From Squalus acanthias (taxonomy: Eukaryota), in the NCBI GenBank assembly GCA_030390025.1, contig CM059432.1:76944001-77008000 (forward strand): a DNA stretch of 64,000 nucleotides, given 5' to 3'. The notes below the pieces were generated by a model. It saw only the letters and a list, made by a program, of their open reading frames with translations. It was not told the origin of the DNA and ran no database searches. Below are positions 38,298 through 50,942 of this stretch, piece by piece. The translations under genes and the position numbers were made by a program. Numbering within the stretch: the first letter of the stretch is position 1; each line of letters starts with the position of its first letter.

Positions 38298-39222
38298 ATT
38301 AGAACTGTCTTCTCTAATGTCCTCCCAGCCACGTCAATCACCTGTTACAGGCAGAAGGCAGCTCCCCTTTAAGAGGTGCAGGCTGCCTTTAAGTAGTGTA
38401 GGCTAGCTTTAATTGGTGCTAGCCTCACATGAACTTGGGCCCCCTGGTAGCATTCAGCCACTCAGCAGCACGTTCAGTGCTGGGCTGAACGCTACTATCA
38501 TGTTAATTTGCAGGCAGCATGAATTTTACGTGCTGCCTGCAGTCCTCCGAACGGACGCGGGTTATTATCGCATCATGATCCCCGCGTCTGTTTTCAGGGG
38601 ATACTAAATTTCTAGGCCCATGTGTCCAAAGTCACCTTTTTCCTCCCAAGCATGCTAAACTTACCATGTTATTTTTGGAAAGAAATCTGTATCATTTGCA
38701 TTTGATTGAGCGGCCCTCTTCTGAGAGTCGTAACAGCTTTGCTTCCTGAAAATTATTGCCCTCTAACACTAATAGGACTGTGGATGGCAAGACTGGCACA
38801 AAATGACTGCCAAAACAGATATAAAGTATTAAAAAAACTCTAAATTCACTACCTGCTGCAGTGAGACTCCACAGCTTCAGTGGTCCCTTTACGGACCTCC
38901 AAGGTTGAGTGTCAAGTCAGGACCATTAATCACATCATTATCAGGGTCCTGTATGACATTAATTACCAGCCCTAACTGGCTGCGGTGAGAATAATTCATA
39001 ATAATGTCTTAGATCCAGTAATTTCACGATTGCCTTTAAATTCAATTAGGAGCCTCACAGTGAGGACAAACTTTTATCGGCCCTGGCGAGGTTAACAGTG
39101 GACTGGTGCAAATCATCCAGCAATTTGTGAAGGATTGAAACTCATGGCGTATCTCTTTTACTCTACAAATTGCTGGATATTTCATGAATTAATACTGGCG
39201 TGCAATGTTAATGCATATTTCT

Positions 39223-40590
39223 CCCCCAGATTTTGTGGTGGGTAATGAAGGTAAACTGTCAGCAATCGCCAACATTACCCCTCTGAAACTGACCGCAACT
39301 TCAGGATTTAGCACATGCGCATCTAAACGCGGAAATCCTGAACTTGTGGTCAGTCATTCGCTGCTCCAACACAGGCTGTACTGTGGACTCCCTGCACCAC
39401 CAGCCGCCACCCCCCGCCCCCCCCACCCCCCGCCCCCCACCACACCCCATAGCCGGCAATCAGTGAAATCAGTGGAACTGATGAAAACCTGAGCTTTTCC
39501 ACACTAATATCGCTGTTAAAAACCCCATTAAATGTTAAGCCTTGTTGGAATAGGTATAACTGGGGTTTTAACAGCATATTGACTGCTAAACAACCATTCT
39601 GGCCCTGAAAAATTAATTTCCATATTTTGTCAATTTTCACCATTATGATAAAAAATGCATCTTTAAAAAGAATGTTTTTAAAAGTTTTTTCCTGATATTT
39701 CAGATTCTACCTTATCCCCATTTGAAAGTCCTAGGGCTAGAAATTGGCTTCCTTAGCGCCTCCCGTTATGGGGTGCAATAACGGGGCGCTAATGACTTAC
39801 CGCCCGGACGCGGCGATGTTACCGTCACCTGTGAAATTTACCTGGCAGTTTGCTGTGGCGGCGGTAATCTCTAGCGCCACAATCTCCTGCGCCTGGAGAG
39901 AGTGACGTCATCCGGCTGCGCATCGCCCCAGTAGCACCCTGGACCAGAACTTCGGTTCTGCCCCCTGCAGCATTGCCGGGCGAAAACACCGGCAGCTGCA
40001 GGATGCGTTCATCGGGAGGCCGGGCGCTTCGGAAACGATACTTAAAGGCGAGGTGGCCGAGGTAGGGAAAAAAATAATCAAATGCTCTTTCTCTTTTTTT
40101 CCTTTGTCTTCGCCAGCGATCAATCAGCCTGGCACTCTGCTGCAGTGCATCAAACTGATCGGGCCGGATTGCGGTAAGTTTTCCCCTTGCAGAGCCTGCA
40201 GCAATGGCCCTTCCCTTTAAGGGAGGGAAAGAGCCTTCCAACGCGGCAGCGCTGCTGCCTGTTGCACTCCAGGAAGGAAGTGGCGCGCTTGATTTAGCAC
40301 TCCACTTCCTTCCTGGAGCGCTAAAACCCAATTTTTTTAAAGCTGGGAATGATTAGCGCCTGGCGCTAACTTACCCAGCTTTCAAAAGTTACCGCCCCTA
40401 AATGGGGCGAGACCAAATTTCTAGCCCCTAATCTTTATTTTGCTCTCTGTACCATTTTTAAAAAGTGAGGCTAAAAGCTGCTTTTTACTTCCTGGTTTGC
40501 TATGTGTGAAAATTCTTCAATGTGATTGGCTGCTTAGGCAGCTTGATGATGATGTGGCTGCATCACTCTAGAATCCCCTATTCAAGGAAT
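39223..40590. mobile_element. Copy of the 24203-24968 family, hosting a nested MITE
   Basis: Long alignment with 24210-24830 (tgaaactgaccgcaacttcagga..tgtgattggctgcttag). Confidence 0.8.
39734..40427. mobile_element. Young GC-rich Harbinger-type MITE
   Basis: Perfect 12-bp TIR GGGCTAGAAATT, TSD CTA/CTA; CpG-rich; resembles 1060-1876. Confidence 0.92.
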
Positions 40591-40733
40591 CATTAGATTT
40601 TGACATTGTGAGACAAAAATTTGCAAGAGATAGTAAAATAAATGTACTAGATATCAGGAAATCTGATTTAAAAGTCATGAAGCTCAAAATAGGAAGAATA
40701 CATAAGGGAGAGGAAACACACTTAAAAAATTGA

Positions 40734-41507
40734 GGCTTGGAGTTTCCACTAGTGGGGCAATCGGGAAAATGGTCCGGAATCCACTGGACATTGCACCGGT
40801 TTTGCTGAGGTAAAGTTTCACTCAAGTTTCCGCTCAAATTCACGAGCATAAGCCCAAACGTAAAATCTCCCATCAATCAGCGCAATCGAGCAGTGTTATC
40901 GATCGCAATCGATTATTGACTGAAACATGGACAATGGGGCCTCAAGATTACTGAATTAAATGAATTTAAACTGAAAATTTGTTCAAATAATTGCTGCAGC
41001 TGAAGAAACAGGCCAATCAGTAGTTTCAATTGACTGCTGGTCTCAGGTCCTATGCACTAAGGGCAGATCAATTAACTGAATTTGAACTCATTGGAACAGA
41101 ATTTAAAGCAATTTAAAGTAATTGGAGCACCAACATGAGAAACAGACCTGAGTGAGGCTTCAATTAACTGCTGGTCACTGCAGCTGCAGGTCATTAACGA
41201 TAGATTAATGTGGCCACGGGTTCCCGTCTGCCCGAAATTCTGGGCGTAATATGATGACCACCCCCGACAAGAGCAAGTGGTGGAAACTCACCATGCCGAC
41301 CTGGGGGTGTGGCCAGTGTTACGGGCGGGGATTGCTTCAGATGAATTGACTTTTGAACCAGCGTAAAAGATCGCGGAAACTCGACTGTAAGTGATTATGG
41401 GCGTAACTGAATGATGTTTTAAATTCCACAATCCTTTGCGCTATTGCAGTCGATTCTGCACTGATTGCACTGACATCCGGGTAGAAAACATGCAGAAACT
41501 GTAGGTC
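40734..41507. mobile_element. Older TIR-bounded element
   Basis: ggcttggagtttc / gaaactgtaggtc (9/13), TGA/TGA flanks. Confidence 0.55.
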
Positions 41508-41763
41508 TGAATATTTTAAAGAATATATATTAGAGAGGGTGCAATTATATTATGCGATATATAAGGATTGACATTCTGCTGAGCCCAATTGGAAGTTGCA
41601 TCCAGCGCTCTGTTGCTAAAGATTCTGATAAAAAGTTTTCTGCAACTCCCTTTGAGTAGCTGATACTGTCTTTCAGAATGCGGAGATGCCGGTGTTGGAC
41701 TGGGGTGGACAAAAGTGAGAAGTCGCACAACACCAGGTTATAGTCCAACAGTTTTATTTGAAA

Positions 41764-41801
41764 TCACAAGCTTTCGGAGCTGCTGCCCCTTCGTCAGGTG
41801 A
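41764..41801 (-). ncRNA. Minimal hammerhead ribozyme motif (intact core)
   Basis: tcac-CTGACGA-aggggc(agca)gctcc-GAAA-gc-TT-gtga; helix I tcac/gtga; palindromic AAGCTT at helix III. Confidence 0.75.
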
Positions 41802-41812
41802 AATATTTGACT

Positions 41813-41850
41813 TCACCTGACGAAGGGGCAGCAGCTCCGAAAACTTGTGA
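41813..41850 (+). ncRNA. Minimal hammerhead ribozyme motif (helix III palindrome broken by G>A)
   Basis: tcac-CTGACGA-aggggc(agca)gctcc-GAAA-ac-TT-gtga. Confidence 0.65.
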
Positions 41851-42924
41851 TTTCAAATAAAACTGTTGGACTATAACCTGGTGTTGTGCGACTTCTCACT
41901 TTTGTCTTTCAGAAGTTAGGGCACCAGGGTTGCCGAGAGTGTGTCAGTATTTCCAAGAGCTAACTACAGTGTGTCAATATTTCCAGAGGGCCCCCAATCC
42001 TGAAAAGTTCAAAGACCACTGGACTATAAACAGTCTTAATCTTCCCTCCAATACTAAGAGCAGAAGGTCGCAAGAGCAACATTTCATTTTGTTCTCAATA
42101 GAAGTATACTCCAGGCATTTCAGTCCATTGTGCATACATTATATCTAGATAACTTCATTTCATTTTCTGGCCTGGTCTTCATACTTTAAGATAAAATCTC
42201 TGTTCTTTTAAAGAATTTAAAATGCATATCACAAATTAGGACTTTAAATCTTGAGTTTCTATGTTTTATACACATTTTTACTATGCTATCATCTTTGTCC
42301 TGTTTCTTTAACAAAAGTAAGATTAATAAATTGCTAATTTTACAGAACTAGGCAACGAGTCATTATGGAACAAGTTCATTTTATTTCTGTTCGATTAATT
42401 TTCACCAAGCTTGGTTGGGTTCCACTGGAGTACAGATGCCAAATCTATTTGATTTTTATTACCTATAGAAATAACCAGTATGGACTACTACTCCCTGGCT
42501 GCATAATTTAACACATTGATATTTAAAAAAATATTTCTTATACTTCGAGGTCTAGTACCAGAACAAATATTTTATCTATAAAATCAGCAGCAATTTAATA
42601 ATCTGTTTTACCATAGCTCTACTTTACTGAGTGAAGTGTAAGATTAAAGTTCCTTCATGCCTACTTTTAAAACAAGGGTCAAATGAAAGTTACTACTTGT
42701 GATTCCCCATTTACCAAGTTCATATCTTATAATCTGTGCCATTGGGAAAATTCCAAACAGATGCAAAAATGCTTTCTTACAGGATAAAGGATAAATAGGT
42801 GAATGAAGCAGCTGAGGCTGTTCTTGCAAACCTCCAGTTTATTTTCTTTCATACACTAGTTTTAGCAAAAAAGTTGAAATGAGTATAAGGTGCAGTTCTC
42901 TTGAGACTATGTTCACTGGAGCAG

Positions 42925-43265
42925 AGTTTTAAAACAGGCTTTTAAAATTATGAAGAATTTTGTTAGCATGAATGAAAAAAGACTATTTCATCTGGTTGGC
43001 AAGTCAATGATGAGGGGGTCATCAGTTTAAAATGATCATGAGCAGAGTGAGGAGAGAGGGTTACTCGAGCATGGATATCTTTGCCACAGGGAATGGTTGG
43101 GGCTGAGACCCGAGCTTCTTTTAAGGAAAATTTGGATAAGTATTTGGAGTAAATGGGAAGAAAGCAGCACAGTGGGATTAGGTTTGAATTACACTACTAA
43201 GAATCGGCACAGCCACAATGGGCCAAATGGTCTCCTTCTATACTGTAAATTTCTATGGTTCTATC
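42925..43265 (+). mobile_element. Old CR1 3' remnant
   Basis: Degenerate FKIMK..LF.LV remnant; atgggccaaatggtctcctt..tttctatggttcta tail. Confidence 0.7.
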
Positions 43266-43684
43266 TCCTTCATAGATATTCTCATATAATCTACTAGCCT
43301 AAGTGGCATAGGAGTTTCAGTTCCCAAAGGTTCCAGTTGTCTCTATCAGGCGATGCCGTCCCATGCAAGTGGAAATTAGCAAATGTCATTGTTGGAACAT
43401 GGGACATGTTGAAAAATGGAGAAGGAAGAGACACAGAACTTGTCAGGATATTAAGGCTAGCTTAGCATATAGTATAGGGAGCAAACACTACAAGATAGTG
43501 TGCATCTAACACGCATTTTCTTATACATTCACACAAGTAATTTACAATTAACTTATGAGCCAAATGAGCTAACTTGGTAGAGAGCTTGCTGGGAGATTAA
43601 AAGTTAACTTAACATACAGAAACTTAATTGAAGGACCGTGCGTGGACCTTGAAAAAACTTGCCAAAGAAGAGCTGTTTATGACA

Positions 43685-43698
43685 GTTGCCTAGGAAAC
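43685..43698. promoter_or_regulatory. RFX X-box-like motif
   Basis: GTTGCCTAGGAAAC in unique sequence, CAGCTG E-box close downstream. Confidence 0.35.
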
Positions 43699-44588
43699 CA
43701 GATTGGACATGCAGCTGCAGACAGTGTAATAAATACGACTTTGTTGTTCACACAGAAAAGCAGACTGATAAGGTGTTGGGAGCAGACGAGATAAGGGATG
43801 CTATGTGATATGGAGCTTGGACCTTGTTTCAGCATTGACATAACGGGAAGGTTACTAAAGGGGAGGTGTCATGTTAAGTCAGGTGACAGAAGGAATCAAT
43901 CAAGGGAGAAAAGGCAGATTTGTGTTTAGTAAGGGGACAAGAATCATATAAAAACAGACATTTTGTGCTTAGAAAAGTTAGTGCAGCAAGGAATAGTGAC
44001 ATGCGTGTCTACATTTCTGTACTCGTAACTGTTTAATCGACTTTGCTTGTAAAGTGCTTTGCATGCTGACTGAAGAAATAAAGGTATTGAACCTGAAGCA
44101 ATGATTATTTTTGTTATTACTCAAGTAAAGAGACAACGTGGATCTCTTCACATACTTCATCAGTCATATCTATGCACAAGAGGAAATCAAAGTTGGACTC
44201 TGATAACAACAGACTAGCATACTACAGCAATTATTTTAAGAAACCATGTTGAATAAGAAACTAATGCAATGTTTCAGTTGCAGCACCTTGCAATAAGATT
44301 TTCATATTAATAAAACAGAAGATATATATTTTCTGTGACAAAATAATGATAAAATTATTTACAATATGATTTAAATACACGTTGCTCTGCTCTTGGCAAA
44401 GATGCACGCAATGATGTTTTGCTTTGAGTTTTTTCACATGGAAAACACACATCAGCATCATTCTACACATATACTTGTTCATAAAATTGTCTCTGCTTTT
44501 AATGATCAATATTACTGCAACAGCATTTAGTAACAAGTTTATACAGGCACAGGGTCGAATTAAAGAACAAAAAGCAATAAAAACTATG

Positions 44589-44606
44589 TGCCAATAGATG
44601 GCGCTA
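44589..44606 (+). promoter_or_regulatory. CTCF-like motif
   Basis: tgCCAATAGATGGCGCTa resembles CCACNAGRTGGCGC; CpG retained. Confidence 0.45.
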
Positions 44607-44644
44607 TGGCTCTGACATTGGTAAACAACTGACAGGAATACATT

Positions 44645-45374
44645 GGCCCAGATTTTGCTGTAGCAGGGCATCTAACAGCATCTGCCATTAGTTAGATGTG
44701 CCCTTGCACATTTAGTTTTTTTAATCTTTTGTGTGGCAAGTTGCTGAAAGTGCGAGCTGATAACATCGCAGTGAGGGAAACAGGGCATCTGGGACCTGAG
44801 TGAACAGGACAAGCAACTGTGTGACTCCTTAACCAATCAGATTGAAGGATTGTTAAATTAACAGTGCAAGGACTGAGAAGGAAATTAGAGTGGGTGAATT
44901 CAATGTCAAATCAGGTACAGAAAGGGAAATAGAGAGGGAAAGAAAGATTGCTTAAGAGAGAGAGAAAAAAAGACAGAAAGGAAAAGTAATAAAAAATGTT
45001 TTAATTTAAAGTTTTACCTTTTAAAAATCAATTTTCAGTGCCAGAGAGGTTGTTTTGCAGTAATTAACACTTATTACATCGTTAAAAGAGTACTTAGACT
45101 GGAATGGACAAGATTTCATTTTCTGTGACGAGTTTAGTTTGTATCTACTGTGCAAATACAGCAACTTCATGCCATTCAATGCATTTCAATGGTGAGGCAG
45201 ACAGCGAGATGCCGTTTTTGCGAAGGTAACGGCGGAGCGGCACAACTCAGACAACAACTTTTGGGTATTTGAGTTTAACCGCATATCTGCCCCTCGCCTG
45301 AAGTTGCTGTACCAGTTACATAATAATGGCGAGCGCCATTAGCCTCACCGTTATTTTGACAGGAAAATCTGGGC
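44645..45374. mobile_element. TIR-bounded non-autonomous DNA element
   Basis: GGCCCAGATTTT / AAAATCTGGGC, TSD ATT/ATT; homologous to 58722-60121. Confidence 0.85.
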
Positions 45375-45547
45375 ATTAATGAAAGTAGCCACATTATTGG
45401 TACTTAAAGGAACAAATTTAACCCACAGTAAGTCATGAACAGTTACTTCCTGACACAGAAAGATTGTTCAAAAAATGTGTATTGACAAGTCGGAGAAGTG
45501 ACCACTAATTTCATGGAAGTTGATTACTCCTGAGAGAGGGACTGTCT

Positions 45548-47332
45548 GGGGGAGAAATTGGTGATCTCCAGCAAAGCAGTCGGTGTCACCGCCAACTGTC
45601 GTTAACGGCCGCCCGAAATGGCCGCAGTGCTAATCGACCTAAATTGGTGTGGGGGGCATGGAGGAAGGTGGCACAGCGCTAACCTTAGGTGCAACGCCGT
45701 CCTGGTGGCATTGCACGAGGGATCCGGGACCAATTTGTAGTCCTGGTGCGATGTTGCTGCTTCCCCGAGTGTCTGTGAATCTTCCCCGAGTGTCTGTGTG
45801 CGAGGCTGTGAAGCTCACAATGTATTGTGGGCAGTGAGGAACTCTGAAATTTAAAGGGGCCATGCACATTGAAGCAAGACAAAATAAAATGCACTGATTC
45901 AATACATTTTTCAGCCCTTTCTGTCTTTTTACAAATAATCAATATTTAAAAGAAGTTCCAAATGTGATTTTTCAGCTCTTAAAGCTGAATTACCTTCCTG
46001 AACTGAACAAATGGGAAAACTGCCTCAGCACTAACACAAATGGCTCAGCAAGCCAGGGAAGGGGCACCCAGGGTCTCGCACGCAGCACTCCAGCTTTGTG
46101 CAGGGATCAACACTGCAAGAGAGCTCCTCTACCCACAGGGGCCAGGAAGCCCTCCAGAAAGAACAATGTGGGAGTACATTACCAAGGCCATCACTGTCAG
46201 CAGTGTCACCCCCACCACCTGGTTCCAGTGCCCAAAGAAGCTTCATGACCTCAGACCACTGGTCAAGGTCAGTGAATGCGTCTGCAAAAGCCATCACCTA
46301 CCAACTGCACCACTAGCCTCACACGCTTCTCAATGCAGGACCCCCAATCACTCACCTACCAACAATCTGCATCAATGACGAGGCACATTTACCATTCCTA
46401 GCATCACCTCACCCCCTTGGAGGAGATGGTGCAGGCCATTCTTGGCAGGGGCATTGCTGAGCCCTTGGCCAGCAGCGGGGCTGAAAGGATATAAGATGCT
46501 GGTATCCTCGTACGTTATCCTCCTTCTGACATACACCTCTAGGTTTCCCGCCCGCCCGTCAGCACAACTCCACCCTTGTGTCTTCCTCATTTCACACACC
46601 CAAGAAATGCAGCTTGCCCAGACAGTGGGTCAACAAGAAGAGGCACCCTGCCCAGCCAGTGGGACCACAGGTGGATGATTCCATCATGGATATCCCGGCC
46701 ACAAAGGGGCTGTCTGGGATGCATCCTTCCATCTGATTCCTCCTCTTCGGCTTCCTCCTCTTCTATGTCATCTTCTTCTGTGTCTTCCTCTTCCCTCTGC
46801 AAGCGAATGCTGTAAATGTGAAATGACAGCATAAGATGCTGCAAATACTCAGTTGGTCAGGCAGCATGTCGACCTGAGACGTGAACTCCATGGATGTTGC
46901 GTGACCTGCTGAGTATTCGCAGCATGTTCTGTCTTCTCAAAGGCTTTCACTTACCATCTGAGCCCTTGCAAGCATCCCAAAACACTTAAAAAACTTTCCA
47001 CATATATTTCAGCAAGCCACCACTTCAATAAAATCCAAAAATCCAAGGCCAAACCCTTCCTTTCAAACTTACCTTAATCTGCCGTGCTTAGGACCCAGCC
47101 CTGAATCGAGCGCTAGGGTCGAAGTTCACTTAGGTGACATTAAGTCGGCGTTGCACCCGGACTTGACGTCTCCACGCCGCCATTTTTTTTTACTAACCGG
47201 CAGCGCAAAGGGGCCCGCAAATATGCCGGCCACCGCAGGGACCGCCTCCAGCTGGCGCAAGAGTGGCGACCGCCATTTTTTCAAGAATCGCTGGTGCTAA
47301 CAGGTGGCGGTAAATATATGAATTTCTCGCCC
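45548..47332. mobile_element. Internally deleted Harbinger (copy C)
   Basis: TIRs GGGGGAGAAATT / AATTTCTCGCCC, TSD TCT/TCT; Myb exon (WEYITKAI..QCPKKLHDLRPLVK|gtcagt, +) and transposase acidic-tail/leader remnant (-). Confidence 0.88.
46815..46935. mobile_element. Degenerate inverted PLE terminal-repeat fragment
   Basis: atgctgcaaatactcag..ggtcaggcagcat pairs with atgttgcgtgacctgctgagtattcgcagcat; matches the pLTR at 4299. Confidence 0.7.
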
Positions 47333-47835
47333 TCTGTGTCCTACTGTATGGCTGTCCAAGCAGGTGGCGATAAACCTGTCTTTCTTCTTACATTTACTCT
47401 GCAATGGCTATCGTTTAAGTGATATGCTATTTGAGTCCGAAGAATAAGTTGGACAATGGGACAAAATGAGTGTATCATTTTAAAACTGATCTGCAGAAAC
47501 AGCTATAATAGCACAAACTAGAAATATTTAGAGTAGTCTGATTTTACAGAAATCAGAGGAATCAACCAGTGTAAAAAAGCAATCTCCAATGAGTAACTAT
47601 ATTAACACTAGTTAACTTTCATATTTTAGGTCTTTTCCTACCTCTAGAGTTGTGAACTCTCGCAAATAATGGTATTCTTTATTCTTGATATAGATAATTA
47701 ATGCTGTTAACACACGATCAGTTAGTTCAAGATAACAAATCACTAACCATCACTAATGGTGTCAGCACATGCCATTAGACACAAGACAAGAATTCTTTTG
47801 AGCAAGTGGATTTTCTGTTTCTGTATACCAGAGTC

Positions 47836-48298
47836 TGCAGACTATTCCAATGCTCTCCTGGCCAGCCTCCCATCTTCCACCCTACATTGGCTCCCGGTCC
47901 GGCAACATCTCAATTTTAAAATTATCATTCTTGATTTCAAATCTCTCCATACAATCACTCCTCCCTATCTCTGTAACCTCCTCCAGCCCTACAGCCCTCT
48001 GAGATCGCTGCGCTCCTCCAATTCTGGCCTCTTGCACAGCCCCGATTTTAATGGCTCCACCATTGACGACTATGCCTTCACCTGCCTGGGCCCTAAGCTC
48101 TGGAATTCCCTCCCTAAACCTCTCTGCCTCTCTACATCTCTCTCCTCCTTTAAGACACTCCTTAAAAACTACCTCTCACCTGTCCTAATATCTCCTTATG
48201 TGGCTCGGTGTCAAATTTTGTTTGATAATACTCCTGTGAAGCACCTTGGGACATTTTACTGCATTAAAGGTGCTATATAAATGCAAGTTGTTGTTGTT
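47836..48298 (+). mobile_element. L2 3' fragment
   Basis: DYSNALLASLP, LHWLPV; gctatataaatgcaag(ttg)n tail. Confidence 0.9.
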
Positions 48299-48299
48299 G

Positions 48300-49320
48300 G
48301 GAGGATGCTTCAGCAGGCTGTGTCACCGCTGCAGGTATGTGGGCAGCCTGGTCCAATATGAGCAGGCATCTGAGGGGGCTGGCTAAAAGCTTACACGAGC
48401 TGTCCTCAGGAGAGAGGACGACAACATGAAGGTGGGTTCCAGCCATGCCTCTTGTGCTGTGTCCTGGATCTGAGTGCCCACTGATCAGCAGAACAGCAGA
48501 TCTGATGGTACCAGGTAGATCTTGCTGAATCAGAGATGGCACCCTCAGAATCGGGTTGCCATTGTTCTTTCCAAATGGTCCCTCAAGGCCTCAAACCCAG
48601 TGGTCAAAGCATCCACTTTGGATGCACTGACTGGTCTGGGGCCCTATCTGTCAGAAGGGACAGATGCAGATGTTTATGCTGCCACCATCTGCTCCAACTA
48701 ACACTGCATTGTATTGAATTCTACTCGCATATTGGCACTTAGGATGGCATTAGACTTTGCCATGACCCCTGCAATCAGTCTCAGATCCTGCAAGATGGTC
48801 CTCGGTGCCTCTCTGTGAATGTGATCCTCCTCCAGCATGCTTCTTTTTAGTGCAGAGATCTGAGTCCACAGGCTTGGTAGCCAGGGGCTGACTTCTACAG
48901 AACCTCTGCTCCCCACTGTCAGATCCGACTTTCACCTCTGACTCCTCTAGCACTCTGTGGGTAATGAATGAAGGTGTACCACACATATAAAAAGACTGCA
49001 GAGAAGGGTCGGGGGAGCAGGGAGCTTACCTTGACTGCTCTGGTGAGGTCATTAAACTTTGTCGTGCACTTAAAGAAGTCCTGGGTTTCAAGGAGATGGC
49101 ACATACTCCAACAGCAACCTCTCTTAACTAAGTGCCTATCACATGCTTGGATGATTTCTGGTACCCTACCCCAAATAGCCTGTCCCTCCTGCTCTGTACC
49201 ACCATATGAAGGATATCCAAGTCAGACTCCTTGAAGTTTGCCACTCCTTTCTTCGACTGCCATCCTTCTCACCAAGGTTGTCTACTTCCTTCAGTGCTCT
49301 CACTTCCCATTTAAGCAGCA
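48300..49320 (-). pseudogene. Old Harbinger Myb-gene remnant
   Basis: KCTTKFNDLTRAVK|gtaagc at ~49029. Confidence 0.6.
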
Positions 49321-50942
49321 ATATGAGTGAATGCTTTCATAATTCATAAATGAGCAGAATAGCGGTCAGTAATTTGTACAGGTTAACCTCCTCGATCAAA
49401 ATACAACTTATATTACACCTCACTATAATAGATTGTTTGTACCACAAGTCTGGGGACGATTTTCAATTATAGTACACACTGAGTGGATGGTGAACAATGC
49501 AATTGCAATGCCCCCCCCCCCCCCGACCCCCACCCCCCGCCACCCCACTCCAGTAGGATTAGCAACAGGCCTGAACCATTTTCATGGTCAATCCTCCTTT
49601 TGAATTTGTTCAGCAATCTCCCAATCTCCAATCAAGGTGGGGTGAAGCAGGAAATCCAGGGGCTCCTATGCGGAGTTAAGCTGGACGTTAACCCTTAAGG
49701 GGGAGCACAAACACGAGGAGGAGGCTACGGGGTGACTGGGGGTGGGTGGGAAGATTAATGCTCCTCCTGACCCCACTAAAATCAGTGGCATTGAGAGTTT
49801 TGCCGTTAAAGACCGCTAGTTAGGTCTCTGTACATCCGGTACCACTAAGCGGAGCGGAGCATGCATGGCACACACTCGGCCCATTGGTACCTGAAAGTTG
49901 AGTTAGGGTCCTACAACTGGCATAGGACCACGATTTAAATATTTAAACAAGGTTTCTGTCTGTTTCGGGTGAGAGCACTGGGCAGCCATTTCGAGGCTTG
50001 CTCAATAGTCAAGTCGGGTGGGCAACTTGAGTAATAGTTATTATATCATGATGTGCAGCAACTGAATTGTGCTGGGTGGCATTTCACTGCAATCACACTT
50101 TGGCTCAAGGTAGAAAGATGTTTATTAACTAATTGTGAAGGTTGTGTTCAAAATGTATTTACTGGGCACTGAAAGACCTTCGTCCTGCAGCTCAAGTAAG
50201 ATGTAGCTTGTACTACTTAAGCTATACCAGGGCCTTCCTTCAGCATTTCTATAAAGCATACTTTTCAGAGATCTTTAAGTTAATCTATTTTTGGTTCTGA
50301 TTCTTTTCCGAGACCTTTACAAATATTAGAGGTCGATTTTAACCTACCCACTCAGTGGAAAGTTCAGAGCAGTTAAAAACGAGCAGGTTACTTACCCACT
50401 CGAAACTCAACACTTTTGCTCCATTTCCCATTTTAACCTGTAACATTCTGCAAGCAGATGAGGTGCCCGCCTAAAGTGAATGCAAATCAGGGTCCGAATA
50501 TATCAAAAGGATCCCGATTGCCTTTTAACTGGGACCAGAGCGAGGGAGCCATCGCTGCTTTCCCGCCAGGCTGAAGCAGGTCTGCAGACAGAAGAGATCC
50601 TCCAAGGCAAGTGAAAAACTTTCCTTTGTGGGGCTGAGAGGAACAGGAATACTCCTCTGAGCCCCACAAGAAAAGTTGCGGTCTCTCCTCCCTTCTTCCC
50701 TTCCACAGGACCCTCCCGAAACCCCCACCCTGTAACTTACCTGCTTGTCGGTGAGCCTTCCCTTATGCCAGCTGATGGCCTCTTGTCACCCAAACTTCTT
50801 CTCCTGCCCGACGGCCAGCTGCTGCTCTCTGTCTGTTTCGGACGGGCAGGTGACTGGTGGCATGTAGATGAGGCCCAGGAGTTAAAATACCCGGGGCCTC
50901 AAACTTAGGCCAGTGAGTGTATTTTGCATCCACCCCACCTCC

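Larger units (their letters stand above)
34467..38619. mobile_element. Structurally complete two-gene PIF/Harbinger transposon (copy B, ~4.15 kb)
   Basis: TIRs (a)GGCCTAGAAATTT / AAATTTCTAGGCC(c); transposase + and Myb gene - converge. Confidence 0.93.
41679..41906. mobile_element. PLE inverted terminal-repeat insertion (palindrome, 95-bp arms)
   Basis: Arms 41708-41802 and 41812-41906 match at 94/95; TGTCTTTCAGAA duplicated at 41667-41678 and 41903-41914. Confidence 0.9.

Noticed and set aside
39825..40331. 168-aa ORF and CpG-rich patch
   Set aside because: Inside MITE 39734-40427; spurious ORF
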